A DNA stretch of 64,000 bases, from positions 82,522,001 through 82,586,000 of the forward strand of contig OX597814.1 of NCBI GenBank assembly GCA_951406725.2, in the 5' to 3' direction. Both the position numbers and the translations under genes were made by a program. Origin of the DNA: Octopus vulgaris. Taxonomy: Eukaryota. Shown here one piece after another: positions 1-12,658 of the stretch. The notes beneath the pieces are model-generated. The model was given only the letters and a program-made list of their open reading frames with translations, ran no database searches and had not been told where the DNA came from. Within the stretch, counting starts at the first letter, position 1, and each line of letters starts with the position of its first letter.

Positions 1-1160
1 GATGGCATGGATCTTCTGACAGCTGGTTGAATGGGTTTTGGTAGTGAGTTTTGATTTTACTTGTCTTCCTCCTGCTATGAGATCATACATAGCAATCTAC
101 TCCTTGATGAATGAAGAAACTTTAGGCTGTTTGATCATGAGCCAGAACTTTTCAGTTGTTCATGCTCATGCTACACCTTTTGAATGTTGCATTCAGGATG
201 TTGTTCAGCTGTTTTCGTCTTGTTCATTTATATTCCCTCAGCTAGCTACAGATTTTCTAGAGGAAGCAGTTGCTCTCCCTTTGAAAGCAGTTCTTAGTGC
301 TAGCTGCTTCAGTATTTCCTCTTTGTAGTATTTCCTCTTTGAAAGATGTTAATATTGGTTCTAAATCTTTCTTAGCTGATCATGAGAATGCTATGATGAC
401 AGCGCTTGTGAAAGTCCCTCAATAAGGTCAGATGCCAATGGTAGATGGGATAACAACTATTTTACACAGGAACACTGAGAATACAAGGACTTTATAGCAA
501 TCTGAATGTCTTGGTTGTGAAAAGTCCACATCCAAAGGTGCCTAAAAGCAGTTCTTGCATATTTCAAATGATGTTGGGATTTGCAATCATTGTTAACAGT
601 GACCAAGAGATGACTCTCCATGTCATCAAAGTTGCTGAAGTTCTGAAGATGGCTGTGATAAATATAGTAAAACAAAAGCACTGGAATAATGCAACAACTC
701 TGTTTAACTCTATGACAGACCAGAACAGCAGCAACCATGTTGCTATGAAGAAATCTTAGGATCGTGATGAACTTAGCAGAATATCAAAAAATATCAAGGA
801 TCTTCTGAAGAAAATCACAGGAGACACTGCAGAAAGTCATGAAGAGGTTTTTAAGGATTATGTAGAGGATTTGATTCTGTTCTTAACACTTCACTTAGAT
901 CTCACAGGTTTGAAAGGTCATATCCATATCTTCTCTTGATAGGTAAAAGCCAATTGAGTCTTATTAGAAACTTCTCTGTTAGTAGTTTAAGCCAATGATT
1001 AGGGATGCTGCCTACAATATTTCCAGTGACTAATAGTACAGAGATTTCTCTGTAGTCGCCACTATCTGCCCTATGTGCTTTCCTTTTGTAGAAAATGAAA
1101 ATACAAGCATCTCTCAGGTTAAAAAAAAAAGACCATGCATAAGAAAAAAAAAAAAAAAAA
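1..1160. mobile_element. Highly decayed non-LTR retrotransposon-like fragment(s) ending in A-rich tracts
   Basis: Coding-like composition with stop-riddled frames on both strands; poly-A runs at 1121-1130 and 1144-1161; family not assignable. Confidence 0.3.
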
Positions 1161-1292
1161 ACTAGATTCAAAGAGTTTATAGAGAGATTCGAATTATTAA
1201 CATGTAATGTAGCTTTATATCAGATTGAAAAATTTTGTGCAGTATATGTTTGATGTAATAAAATACTATATATATAGATATATATAAATATA

Positions 1293-1528
1293 CAGGGTAG
1301 GCCAAAAGTCACCCAACAGTAAATCAAAACTCCATAAATACTTAATATTCAATTTTATTTATTCATTCCAATTATGAATGTTTAATAATTGAACACTATG
1401 AGTTAAAATCATGTTTTTTTTCAACATTTGTCTGTTTATTAGCAAAATTTCATTCAGTTGTTAAACATAAATAGATGTTGGAATTACATGGTTTTGATTT
1501 ACTGTCAGGTGACTTTTGGCCAACCCTG
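1293..1528. mobile_element. Tc1/mariner-type MITE
   Basis: TIRs CAGGGTAGGCCAAAAGTCACC...GGTGACTTTTGGCCAACCCTG (imperfect to about 40 bp), TA on both flanks. Confidence 0.85.
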
Positions 1529-2433
1529 TATATGTCTGATGAATCACAACAGAAAACATAAGTGATTATACTTTCTTTTATTGATCCAGGACAGCAGGTA
1601 CCTATAAATTTCAATTGAAAATTACAAAGTCAATGAAAATCGATATTAAATGAAAAACTTACAAGTGAGTTGAACTGGAAGAGTAAAGGATTGTTTCAAA
1701 CTAAGCTGATGAAACTTCTTTACAATAATCAATTTTATATTAAAATCATTATATTTATTATTACAAATATATTGTCATTGGATTTACTTGTGTCAGATTC
1801 ATAATAATGATTGTTATATTAGTGTTAACATATTTAATGCAGGGAGCATTAAAAAGCTGACTAGAAATAATTAATCAGTAAAGAAAAAAAAAAACTATCA
1901 ATGACAAGTATTGTTTTCATTATTTTGGTAAATATGGAGAAGTGTAGACATAACCAAATTTACTAAAGAAATGACTTGTACTATCCTTTTTATAGTATGT
2001 TGTACATCACTTTTAGTAGTTGAGCAGTGTTTAACAAAAACAGTGAATAGGTCTTAAGTGCATGTAAGCCCTTTAACAACTAATCATAAAGTGGTAAAAC
2101 CTTTGCCATAATAAGAAACCTTTTAGTTTGGTAACCAGGAATGGGTTACTAAAATTGTATGTGGGAAAATTTAGGTACATAAATAGATATGTACATGCGC
2201 TTATGTATTACTGCTTCATGGTCTTCACATCACAAGACTGTTGTAAATGAGTCTCTCTGTAATGCAGGCAGTGTTGTTTGTTTCCACTATTGTGAAAACA
2301 TGTCTGGTCACAGGGAAATATTACTTCACTTGAAAAACATGAGGGATAGTAATGACAGGAAGGGCATCTGGCTACAGGAAATCTACCACAACAAATTCCA
2401 TCTGACCCATGCGAGCATGGAAAAGTAGATGTT

Positions 2434-2465
<32 letters not shown>

Positions 2466-2711
2466 ATACAGAAAGGATCAGAGGCATGAAGTATTCAGTA
2501 TTGCCCTGAACATACTGAGTGCCTTTTTCATAGCACCAACACCAGGGAGGTCACCATGCAGCTTGCAAAACTAAGAATCCCTTCAACTGAGTAAATTACA
2601 GAGGGAGGTGGCTTTACCCAAGGAGATGAGGTGGTTAAAGTGAGAGAGAAGGGAACCAGAACAGAAAGACCTCTTGCTGTAGAGGAGCTACATAGTCACT
2701 TACTGTAATCA

Positions 2712-3966
2712 CAGGGTGCATTAGGTATTTGAGGACATACCTTTCTTGGGTCATTGCTGCATTTTTTGCTAACTCTGTATAATCTTTGTTTCAGAAAATA
2801 ATAATGGCAGACCCTCAGCTTACTCAAGAAATGAAGAGGTATGCTGTTATTGTGGTTATAAAGGCTGAGCATAGTGATTTAGAAATATCTTGAGTTTTAA
2901 AAGTTGCCAGACCTTTTATCTACAAAGTTTGTAAGGAGCTAGAGACCGAAGATGGAAATGTATAACTAGTATCAAAGCATAAAAAACATTCTAAATGCCC
3001 TGAAATCATCAGAACACTTGAATTTATCCAGGAAGTTCAACAGACCATTGATTACAATCCGAAAAAATCCATGAGGTCAACTGCAAAAGATGTGTCAGAA
3101 AGGAACAGTCAGATAAGTTGTCCATGAAGACTTCAAAGATAAGTCTTGTATGATGAGGAAAGGTCAATTTGTCGGAAAAAGCAAAAGAAAATCACTATAT
3201 CAGATCTAAAAGGCTCTTACACAAACTGAAAAATCCAGCAGAAGATCTGATTTGGTTTTTCGCAAACAAGAAAAACTTTGACCAAGATCAAAAAGTTAAC
3301 AGAAGAAATGACAGATTGTTATGTACAAACCCTTTGGAAGTTCCAAGTGTTATGCATACAAAATTTCCTGCAACTGTCATGATTTTAGGGATTGTCAGCA
3401 ATAAAGGACATGTGATGCCTCCTTACTTCTTTTCACAAGGCCTTAGAGTTAACTCTGCCACCAACATTGAGGTCCTGGAAATAATTAAGCTCTGGATAGA
3501 CAGTGTATGCAATGGAAGGCCATATGTACTTCAGTAAGACTCTGCACTATCACACATGGCTCTAGTAATACAAGAATGGATGGCTGAAAATTTTCATGAT
3601 CACGTAACCCCTAACATTTAGTCTCCTAATTCTCCGTATCTCAATACAATGGACTATTACATGTGGAGTGTTGTTGAGAGAGAGGTCAATGAACACACCT
3701 ATAACACTAAAGATTCTATGAAAGCTGCCATAGTCAGAGTAATGTCCAAAATGAACTAGGACCACTTGATTCGAGCATGTAGATGATTTAAATCTCATAT
3801 AGAAGCAGTTTCTGAAGCTGAAGGTGGTTTTATTAAACAACATTATAGAAAAGAAGGTTTATTTTTATCCTCATAGCATTCCTTGATAAATTAAATTATT
3901 ATCTGTTACTATATATTTGTTTTTTTAATAAATATAAATCTGTCCTCAAATATCTTACGCACCCTG
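2712..3966 (+). mobile_element. Full-length decayed maT-family (DD37D) Tc1/mariner transposon
   Basis: TIRs cagggtgcattaggtatttgaggaca / tgtcctcaaatatcttacgcaccctg. Transposase remnants WFFANKKNF, VMILGIVS and Q*DSALSH...SPNSPYLNTMDYY, with 37 residues between the last two Asp; stops and frameshifts present. Confidence 0.88.
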
Positions 3967-3974
3967 TATATATA

Positions 3975-5133
3975 CAGGGTCTGGACAAAATAATGGAAAC
4001 ACCTAGAATCATAATTTTGAAATATCTATAAAACTGTCAAAAGCTTGTTTATTTTTATGTTTTTTGATTTATTATTAGTGTTGCTTAATATGTTTTGCTA
4101 AAATTGCTGTTTCTTTTCAGATATCATCAGAAAAAGGTAATTAAAATTCATTAAAATGACATATCTATCAGACTTTCAAAGAGGTCAGATTGAGATTGCT
4201 CGTATGGCAGGTGCTAGCATAACGAAAACAGCTGAAATGTTTGGTGTATCAAGAAGTACTGTCTCGAAAGTAATGACAGCCTTTGAGAAAAGGGGAAAAA
4301 ACCTCCTTGTCGAATCAAAACTTTGGAAGAAAACCAAAACTTTCAGATAGGGACTACCAGACTCTTACATGAATTGTTAGAAAGGATCACAAAAGTACAG
4401 CTCCCAAAATTACTGCAGAGCTTAATGACCACCTCAAGAACCCATTTTCCACAGAAACTGTTCTTCAGGAGCTGCACAAGGCTGGATTTCAGAGGAGGGC
4501 TGCAATCAGAAAACCACTACTTTCAAAAACAAATGTTGCAAAGTGTTTAGAGTAGAGTAAAAACCTACAGAATTGGTCCCTAGAGCAGTGAAAGAATGTT
4601 ATTTTCTTGGACGAGTCATCCTTAACCTTTTTTCCAACCACTGGTCGAGAGTACATGTGGATACAGCCAAAAGAAGCATTTGACCCAGACTGCCTTCTTC
4701 CAACTGTTAAACATGGAGGAGGATCTGTAATGATCGGGGAAGGGGGGGGCTAAAGTTACATAACTATATAAATCTTAGAAATCCACTGGCCTAATGGTCT
4801 CCCTACATGACAGAATTAACAGTCAAGACTATTTAAACATTTTATCTGATCAAATTCATCCTATGGTTGCGGAACTGTTTCCAGAGGCAAACACAATCTT
4901 TCAGGATTCACACAGTTAAAGTTGTTACTGAATAGCATGAGGAACATTCTAGTGAAGTTGAACATCTTATCTGGCCACCACAGTCCCCAGATCTCAATAT
5001 TATTGAACATTTAAGGTGCATTTTAGAAAAACAAGTAAAGAGTCGATATCCTCCACCATCATCACTACAAGAACTGGAGACTGTTTTAGCTGAAGAATGG
5101 AGAAAAATTCCTTTGGAAACAATTCAAACTTTG
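3975..5133 (+). mobile_element. Decayed Tc1-like (DDE) transposon, 3' truncated
   Basis: Starts TA|cagggtctggacaaaataatggaaacacc. Remnants LSDFQRGQI, GVSRSTVS, VIFLDES, PTVKHGGGSVMI and WPPQSPDLNIIEHL; frameshifted; no right TIR seen. Confidence 0.88.
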
Positions 5134-5134
5134 C

Positions 5135-5945
5135 TTATGGGGAGAAAAATATTGAAAAATATCAATAGATGTGTGAGTGAGAAAGAAACGAGGAGGGAGG
5201 TTATGGGATGTATTAGAAACAACAGCCAGATCTTTAAATCACACATTTTCCTCTGAAATTATTAACAATTTATTTTTAAACCAAAAATGTTTCTCTCACG
5301 TGTTTTAAGTGCATAGGGGGGGGGGGGAGGCCCAAATCGTTTCGAACCGGCGTGGGAAAAAAAAATTTTTTTTTTCGTGAAAAGATGCCTCCCATCATTC
5401 TGAAGATTTTGGTGAAAAACATTGGAAAAAATCCCCGTCAAAAGGGAGAAATTCAAACTTATATGGGCCGTCTGTTCTGAAACTCCGTTTCCTAGAAAAT
5501 CATACCCCCACCCCCTTCCAAAAAGTTTACCCACAAATTTATTTGTAATCCTAATCTACATCGTTTGAAAGGTATTTGTATAAAAATTTATTACGAAATA
5601 CCGGTTTTCCAGAAAGTTATGAGTGTGGAAATGTCGGGTCCTGTGAATTTTCCGAAACTCCTCTCCCCAACTCCTCATAAATTTTTTCCAACAAATCATT
5701 ACATATACTCAGTCTACAAGGTATACGCGATTATTTGTTGAAAGTTTCGTTAAAAAATATCTATTTTTCTGGGAGTTATGAGGCAACAAAACTGGTGGGG
5801 TATTAAACTGTAGTTATGCCTTTTTTCAATAAAAGTTTACGCTAACGCATTGACGTTCCGTTACATTTTCAAAGAAATAACGGATTAACGAAGTTAGTAA
5901 ACAGATGAACGAAGTTAACTTTTCGATTAACGGTGCCTACCTCTG
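5135..5945. repeat. Unclassified interspersed repeat related to 53289-53730
   Basis: Shares ttatggggagaaaaatattgaaaaa and agttatgag motifs with the element at 53.3-53.7 kb. Confidence 0.45.
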
Positions 5946-6536
<591 letters not shown>

Positions 6537-6898
6537 GTTCAGAGTGATCAAGGAAGAGCTAGAAAGATAAAAAATAGTGATGATATGAGGCGAGCAGAAG
6601 AGAGTGGAGTTGAAGTATATATGGAGGTGTTTAATTAAACATTACTAGTAACAATAATAAACTATAATTTATTGGCTTCAAATTTTTGGCAGAAGGCCAG
6701 CAAGTCCAGAAGGGGTTGGTCAATTACATTGACTCCAGTGCTCAACTGGTACTTATTTTATCAGCCCCAAAAGGATGAAAGATGAAGTCGATCTCAGCAG
6801 AATTTGAACTCAGAATGTAAAGATGGACAAAATGCTGCTTAGCGTTTTGCTCAGCATGCTAATGATTCTGACACCTTACCACCTTTAAGTGGCTAGCA

Positions 6899-6972
6899 GG
6901 CTTCTATTGGGGATTGAACCCGGTATCTCTGAAACTCCAGTTAAGTGCTTTGTACCATTAAGCTAAGCAACC
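6899..6972 (-). pseudogene. Degenerate tRNA-like sequence (pseudogene or SINE head)
   Basis: TAGCTTAATGGTA A-box-like and GGTTCAATCC B-box-like motifs with tRNA spacing; stems poorly paired. Confidence 0.4.
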
Positions 6973-7650
6973 TATGGTACAATGAACTATTATATATATA
7001 TTATTAACTGTTTTTCACTGCAATAGAATTTGAAACTGATATTATCTTACTTGGAAGCAAGTGAAGATTAGTGGCAGGAAGGGCATCTGGCCATAGAAAA
7101 TCCACCTCAACAAATTCCGTCTGACCCATGAAAGAATGGAAAAGTGAACATCGAAATGATGACGATGAAAACAATGATATTCGAATAGAAATTATACAAG
7201 TAGATATTCTCTTAATGATAACCATTTATATTATATTAGGCATCTGCTGAAATGATGCTATATACAGTTTGTTAACTAATTCACTGTTTACTTAAAATGT
7301 TTCATTTAAAATTTTTTTTCCTTGCATAGATAAGATATGAACAACTTTTTTCAAGAAGTAGACTGCATGAAACAAGGCACATCATTGGCAGACCACATTA
7401 CAAAATGATAAAAGGTATATATTTTTTTTTGTTAGGCATGCCATTCAGAAAATCTTGCAAATCACAAGTTGCCTTTGACTGGCATAGATAATGCACAATC
7501 ACATGAAGGACAATGTCCTTGTATCGTAGCCCTCTTTTTCTCAACTTCATGGTTAATAAAGAAATTAACTGGCATAGATAATAAAAGTCACAGACATTTT
7601 GCACATTAGAGGAATGAGTTACATACTCTTAAAGAAATATCTACCACATT

Positions 7651-7804
7651 TAGTGACATAGCTAGTGGGGGTGAGGGATGATAGGGGCAGTCTGCCTTGG
7701 ATGATATTTTTAAGTGGGTAGCACTTTGGGTTTGTTGTATAAACCTGGAGGTGGGAGTGGGATGGGGGGAGACATGGATTCCACACACCCTAACTATGCC
7801 ACTG
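7651..7804. mobile_element. Short non-autonomous DNA transposon (hAT-like termini)
   Basis: Inverted termini tagtgacatagctag...ctaactatgccactg. Confidence 0.5.
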
Positions 7805-7818
7805 ACTATAGTGTACAG

Positions 7819-8031
7819 CAGTGGTTCCCATCCAGTTTTTGCTCATGGACCCCTTTGATTCCTATTTTACTCAGGGGGTAGGGCCCTCACAGCCATTTGG
7901 TGTCTATAAAAAAAAATGTTTAAATATTTGGTGTATTGCAGAAATATAACCAGTTTATTGCACATAAATTTTAACAATGAAATCTTATATGGACCCCCAG
8001 GAGCCATATGGACCGTGATTGAGAACCACTG
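7819..8031. mobile_element. hAT (Charlie-like) MITE
   Basis: Termini cagtggttccc...gagaaccactg; 8-bp flanks gtgtacag/gtatagag. Confidence 0.75.
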
Positions 8032-10972
8032 GTATAGAGATAAAAGGAGTGTATTTATTTATTTTTGTTAAATGGTATACTCCAAGCTCTACCCAGTTTG
8101 TGCAACAAGTATTAGTTAAAACAACTAATTTTACCAAATCTGATAAGGCATATGAAATGGTTAGTTGAACTGTTCTACTGTTAGGAGTTTGCTATTCCTT
8201 GTTACATGTTTGAATCCTACTAGAATCAGCTTTGCCTTCTACCCCTTTGGTATTAATAAAACAAGTAGCAGGCAAGTGATTTGATCTGGGACCTACTGCA
8301 ATGCGGAAGACATGTTAGCCATTCGAATCACACAAAGACTGTTGACAGGGTCACAGTTTCAATTGATGAAAATTTTGAAACCATATAACAAACACTAAAT
8401 GTTTAAGGGAAGTTAACAGTCTTTATATGTTTTTGAATGGCTAATGTGTCTTTCAAACTGCAAAGCAAGTTTCATATAAGTATAGGCTTGGGCATGTGGT
8501 AAGAAGTTTGCTTCTCATCCACATTGTGTCAGATTTCCCACTGCATGGTACCTTGGGCAAGTGTCTTCCACTGTAGCACTGTGCTACCCTAGGCTTTGAG
8601 TGGATGTGAAAGATGGAAACTGAAAGAAGCCCATCATGTATGTGTGTGTGTGTATACTCAAGAAACCAATATTCCTCTGTTAGTCAATACTCATGTCATT
8701 TTGGGTCGAGTTGGCCCTGACTGAGCAGACAAATGATCAAAGGCATTCCAACCTTGACCATCTTGTCTTTTTAAGGGTACATCTTGGGCTATATTAGAGA
8801 AGTGGTATTTTCCTTCATAGGAGAGAAGAAGGTTATGGAAGGTGAGGTGCAAAAATGTAAAAAACTGAAACTTTTATTCTTTTAGACAAAAATCTTTTTC
8901 AAAATTATAGTTTCCCTAAGAAACACAGGAATACCAATAAATAAATAGATAAAAAATAAAAGCATGGAGCCTCTAATTTGAAATTTTGTCACATTATTCA
9001 AAGTTTCCTCAACAGGGTGTGACTGGAGAAAAACTTAGCTGTTATTTCTAGCAGGCTGTGTGACTGCATTGAATACTGGGTTTGTAACTCTCATCACTTT
9101 ATACTGTTGAACATTAACAACGAATCTTGATAGTTTTTATCTTAAAATGTATGTCCCATCCAATAATTAGTGAACCGTTTTCTGTTCTTTAATACTTCAA
9201 TCATAACTTGGTTAAAGAAATAAGAAACATTACAATGTAATTTGAGTATCAATAATGAATTAAAGTGGATGATGTCTCATATTTTGAAAACAAATTTGTT
9301 AAAAGCTATTGCATAAATAATTTCAATGTCAATCTTTATCAAGGTCAACAGTTGCTATTAATTGAAAAAACAATAAATGAGAGAGGGAGGAAGAATGAGA
9401 GAAAGAGAGAGGGGGATGGGGATAGCGGATGGCGATAGCGAGTGGGCATTGTGTGGCCGAATGTGAACTTCATGTCCAGTAACATCCAAACGGATTTTAG
9501 ACGTTTTTGGTATCTCTTCAACTCCCGGCGAGCTATGGAAACTACTTAAACTAAGGAAATGCGATAAAAATGACAGCCGGCCTCATAAATTCTGATGTAC
9601 TAGACGTTAGACAAGGGGTGGGTGGAGTGAAATTTAAGTTACGGTTTCGATTCTTAAGCTAAGCCAAAATTCATCTTCTCTCTTTCTCTCTGTATACATA
9701 CATACATATAAATATATATATATCGTGTCCTAAAATGCACCACGTATAGCCCTTGCATTAAACCGTAAAGTATGGAGTTTAAAATATTGGATATTAGAAT
9801 AAGGGTGATTAGTGAAAGACGGAAAAGAGAGGATAGTGTTTCCAAAATAAAAATTCATGTATGTTTTTGTATGTCTGTGTCCCAGAGATATGCACAACAA
9901 ACAACCATTGTTCTCAGATAAAGTTTAGCTCCGCTGTGGACCCCGTTCTCACTAAAACCTACAGATATAGAGAATGAAGATTCTATTTTCTAGAAATGGC
10001 AGCTAAACCATAATTTGATACTGATGCCCTGTAACACCCTACAGTCATAACAAAGGGAACATCGGAGAGTGTTATCCAAGATATACAAAGGAAGATAAAA
10101 ATTGTGATAGTCATGGCTGGAATAGCTTTGCTCGATCAGAGCTGATTTGAAGCTAACGAACAACAAGATACAAGCGAAGCATTGAAGGTAGCCTCTGCGT
10201 AGTCGTTGGATAGACTGGAAATAGCAGCCAAATTCCTACAAAATCACGATTTGCTGTTTTAGAAAAGAAGGTTATATTGGATAAAGTAGCTCTGGATGTA
10301 CTACTAAACCCTTCCATGAAGGAAGACTGGATCAAAACAAACAATAACACAAGAACATGCAACAGTTTCAGTGCAACATGTCTAGACTGTATCACTGCAC
10401 ACCATATCATAAACTGCTGCATGTTAGAGCGTACAGTACGGTAAATTTAAAACGATAGAACAGATGATTGATCTAACCGTTCGAATGACTATCTATGTGT
10501 CATAGGAATACGCTCAGTTTAGACAATTCGAGATAAACGTCTTTTCTATTTTAATTCTGTTAGACATTTAAGATGCATTTTGGGAATCTATATAGCGTCG
10601 TACTAGACGAGGTGTTCAGTTATGCAACTTCACAAAAACAATCTTGATTAAATACTAAATAAAAAGGAATATAATCCAGAAAAGGGTGTCTCCATATTAC
10701 AATATTTAAAGAACGAAAGTATTCAATAAGGAAAATAAATATGATAGGACAATAGTGTAGTCTATTACAGCAAACTCGATACTAGATAATTCCAAGACTA
10801 AAGATGTTTCAATTTTTCGTCGACAAATTCTCCTACGGCTACAAAACTTCGGTGGTGTTTAATTTGGAGAATATAGGTGTAAGGTTAGTTATTCAAAGGT
10901 AAATATGTATGAGTTTAATGAAATATTAGTAGCAACAATAAACGATGTATGTATGTATGTATGTATGTATGT

Positions 10973-11018
<46 letters not shown>

Positions 11019-12292
11019 GTGTGTGTATGTGTGTATGTGTATGAAACCGATTCTCCTGTGAGAAAACAATTATGTTCTCTTATCTAAACAACTCCCTTGA
11101 AAAAAGTAAATACTTTAGTTTGGTGCGACTTACCAGGACGATTGAAACGGTAAAAGACGAAATGGAATTAAAGAGATCCAGCAGCGAAAATAATCTGGTT
11201 TCACACAATAGTGAAAGTGTAAAAAAAGTGCAGAAATCAGTAGTTTTGGTCATTACTTGTTAGTAATGAGACACAGGATAGGTAGAGGTAGAAATAAATA
11301 GACATCTTATTTTCTTCATTGGTACATACGAAAAAAAAAAGATAAACAAGATGACGAAAAAGTTGTTAAATCAAGAAAATCTATTGACAGTCATGGTGAG
11401 TGAACAATACCCTGCAATATACATTTGGAGCATAGCCAACACTTGTAATACTGCAGTAACTTAAAAAGTTAAATCTCAGCGATGACAATTACATGCACCT
11501 TTCTTGAGAAAGCTGGCATAACTGATTTTAGAAAAAAAAGGAGTTATCTGCTCTTGGTTAAGTTTCTGAACCTCAGCCGCCTTTCGGAAAGGTAACAGTT
11601 GTAGAGATAAAGTTCTAAGAGAACTTTCAGATTTCTCTTGATTTAAATCTAAACCAATCATTTTATAGTCGCAAAGAATTTTTTTCTTGTTTTCTTTATT
11701 ATTTTTTTTTTTATAGTTTCAGAAGTCATTTCAGCGTTGGCCAAATACATTAACCAAATGAACTTCCTCCATCATCATCAGAAACGCCATCTGCGATAAA
11801 AATAATCTTTAAGTTAAATTAATAACTGGAAATGGTTATATGGACATTATTTTCATCTTCTATTCGGAAAGTAGGGGTAACAACTCTGGGTACTTTTTGA
11901 TAGTCAGACCTTATGCTGATGCATAACATAGTGCCTTTACCATAATTGTCAAAGTAGTGATGATAGAATCACAAAGTAAAAGTACAAAGTTGTACATCAG
12001 TTAGCATTAGAAAATAGAATTCTTGAATGATTAAATAATTTAAAGATGGCATCCACATGGAAGTTATCTCCTGTATTTGTTGAAGAATAAAAATAACTGT
12101 AGTGATTGATTAATATTGTTATTGTTCTCATTGCATAATTATTTCTAGTTAGATTTTTTATTGCTCCCTGCATTAAATGTTTTGACACCAACTTAAAAAT
12201 CTTTGTTTTTCTTATCATTTGTATAAAAAATGGTTGAGTTGATGAGGCTGGCCAGAGAAGAATTAGAAAGAATACGTACATACATACATGCA

Positions 12293-12356
<64 letters not shown>

Positions 12357-12393
12357 TAGATGAGAAAGTTGGTTTGTGAAAGCACGTGGTTGA

Positions 12394-12622
12394 ATATATA
12401 GAAAATAGTAAAAAGTGAAAAAACTATAGAAGGCTTGTTTTAAAAGGTTAAAAAATATATATTTGAGTCAATATGTCTGAAGAATGTTATCAATTTTTTT
12501 TTACAGTGTAAGAACACTCTTAAAGGAAAAAATTGATAACATTCTTCAGACATATTGACTCAAATATATATTTTTTAACCTTTTAAAACAAGCCTTCTGT
12601 AGTTTTTTCACTTTTTACTATT

Positions 12623-12632
<10 letters not shown>
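12394..12632. repeat. Near-perfect inverted repeat, about 106-bp arms with a 27-bp spacer
   Basis: 12394-12499 is the reverse complement of 12527-12632 with one mismatch found by eye. Confidence 0.93.

Positions 12633-12658
<26 letters not shown>

Noticed and set aside
3169-4550. Transposase ORFs as active genes
   Set aside because: Multiple stops and frameshifts; the first catalytic motif of the maT element is mutated (FANKK instead of FSDEK)
11481-11760. Two-exon plus-strand mini ORF (MTITCTFLEK...)
   Set aside because: Short, with no recognisable similarity; the splice-like sites can be explained by chance
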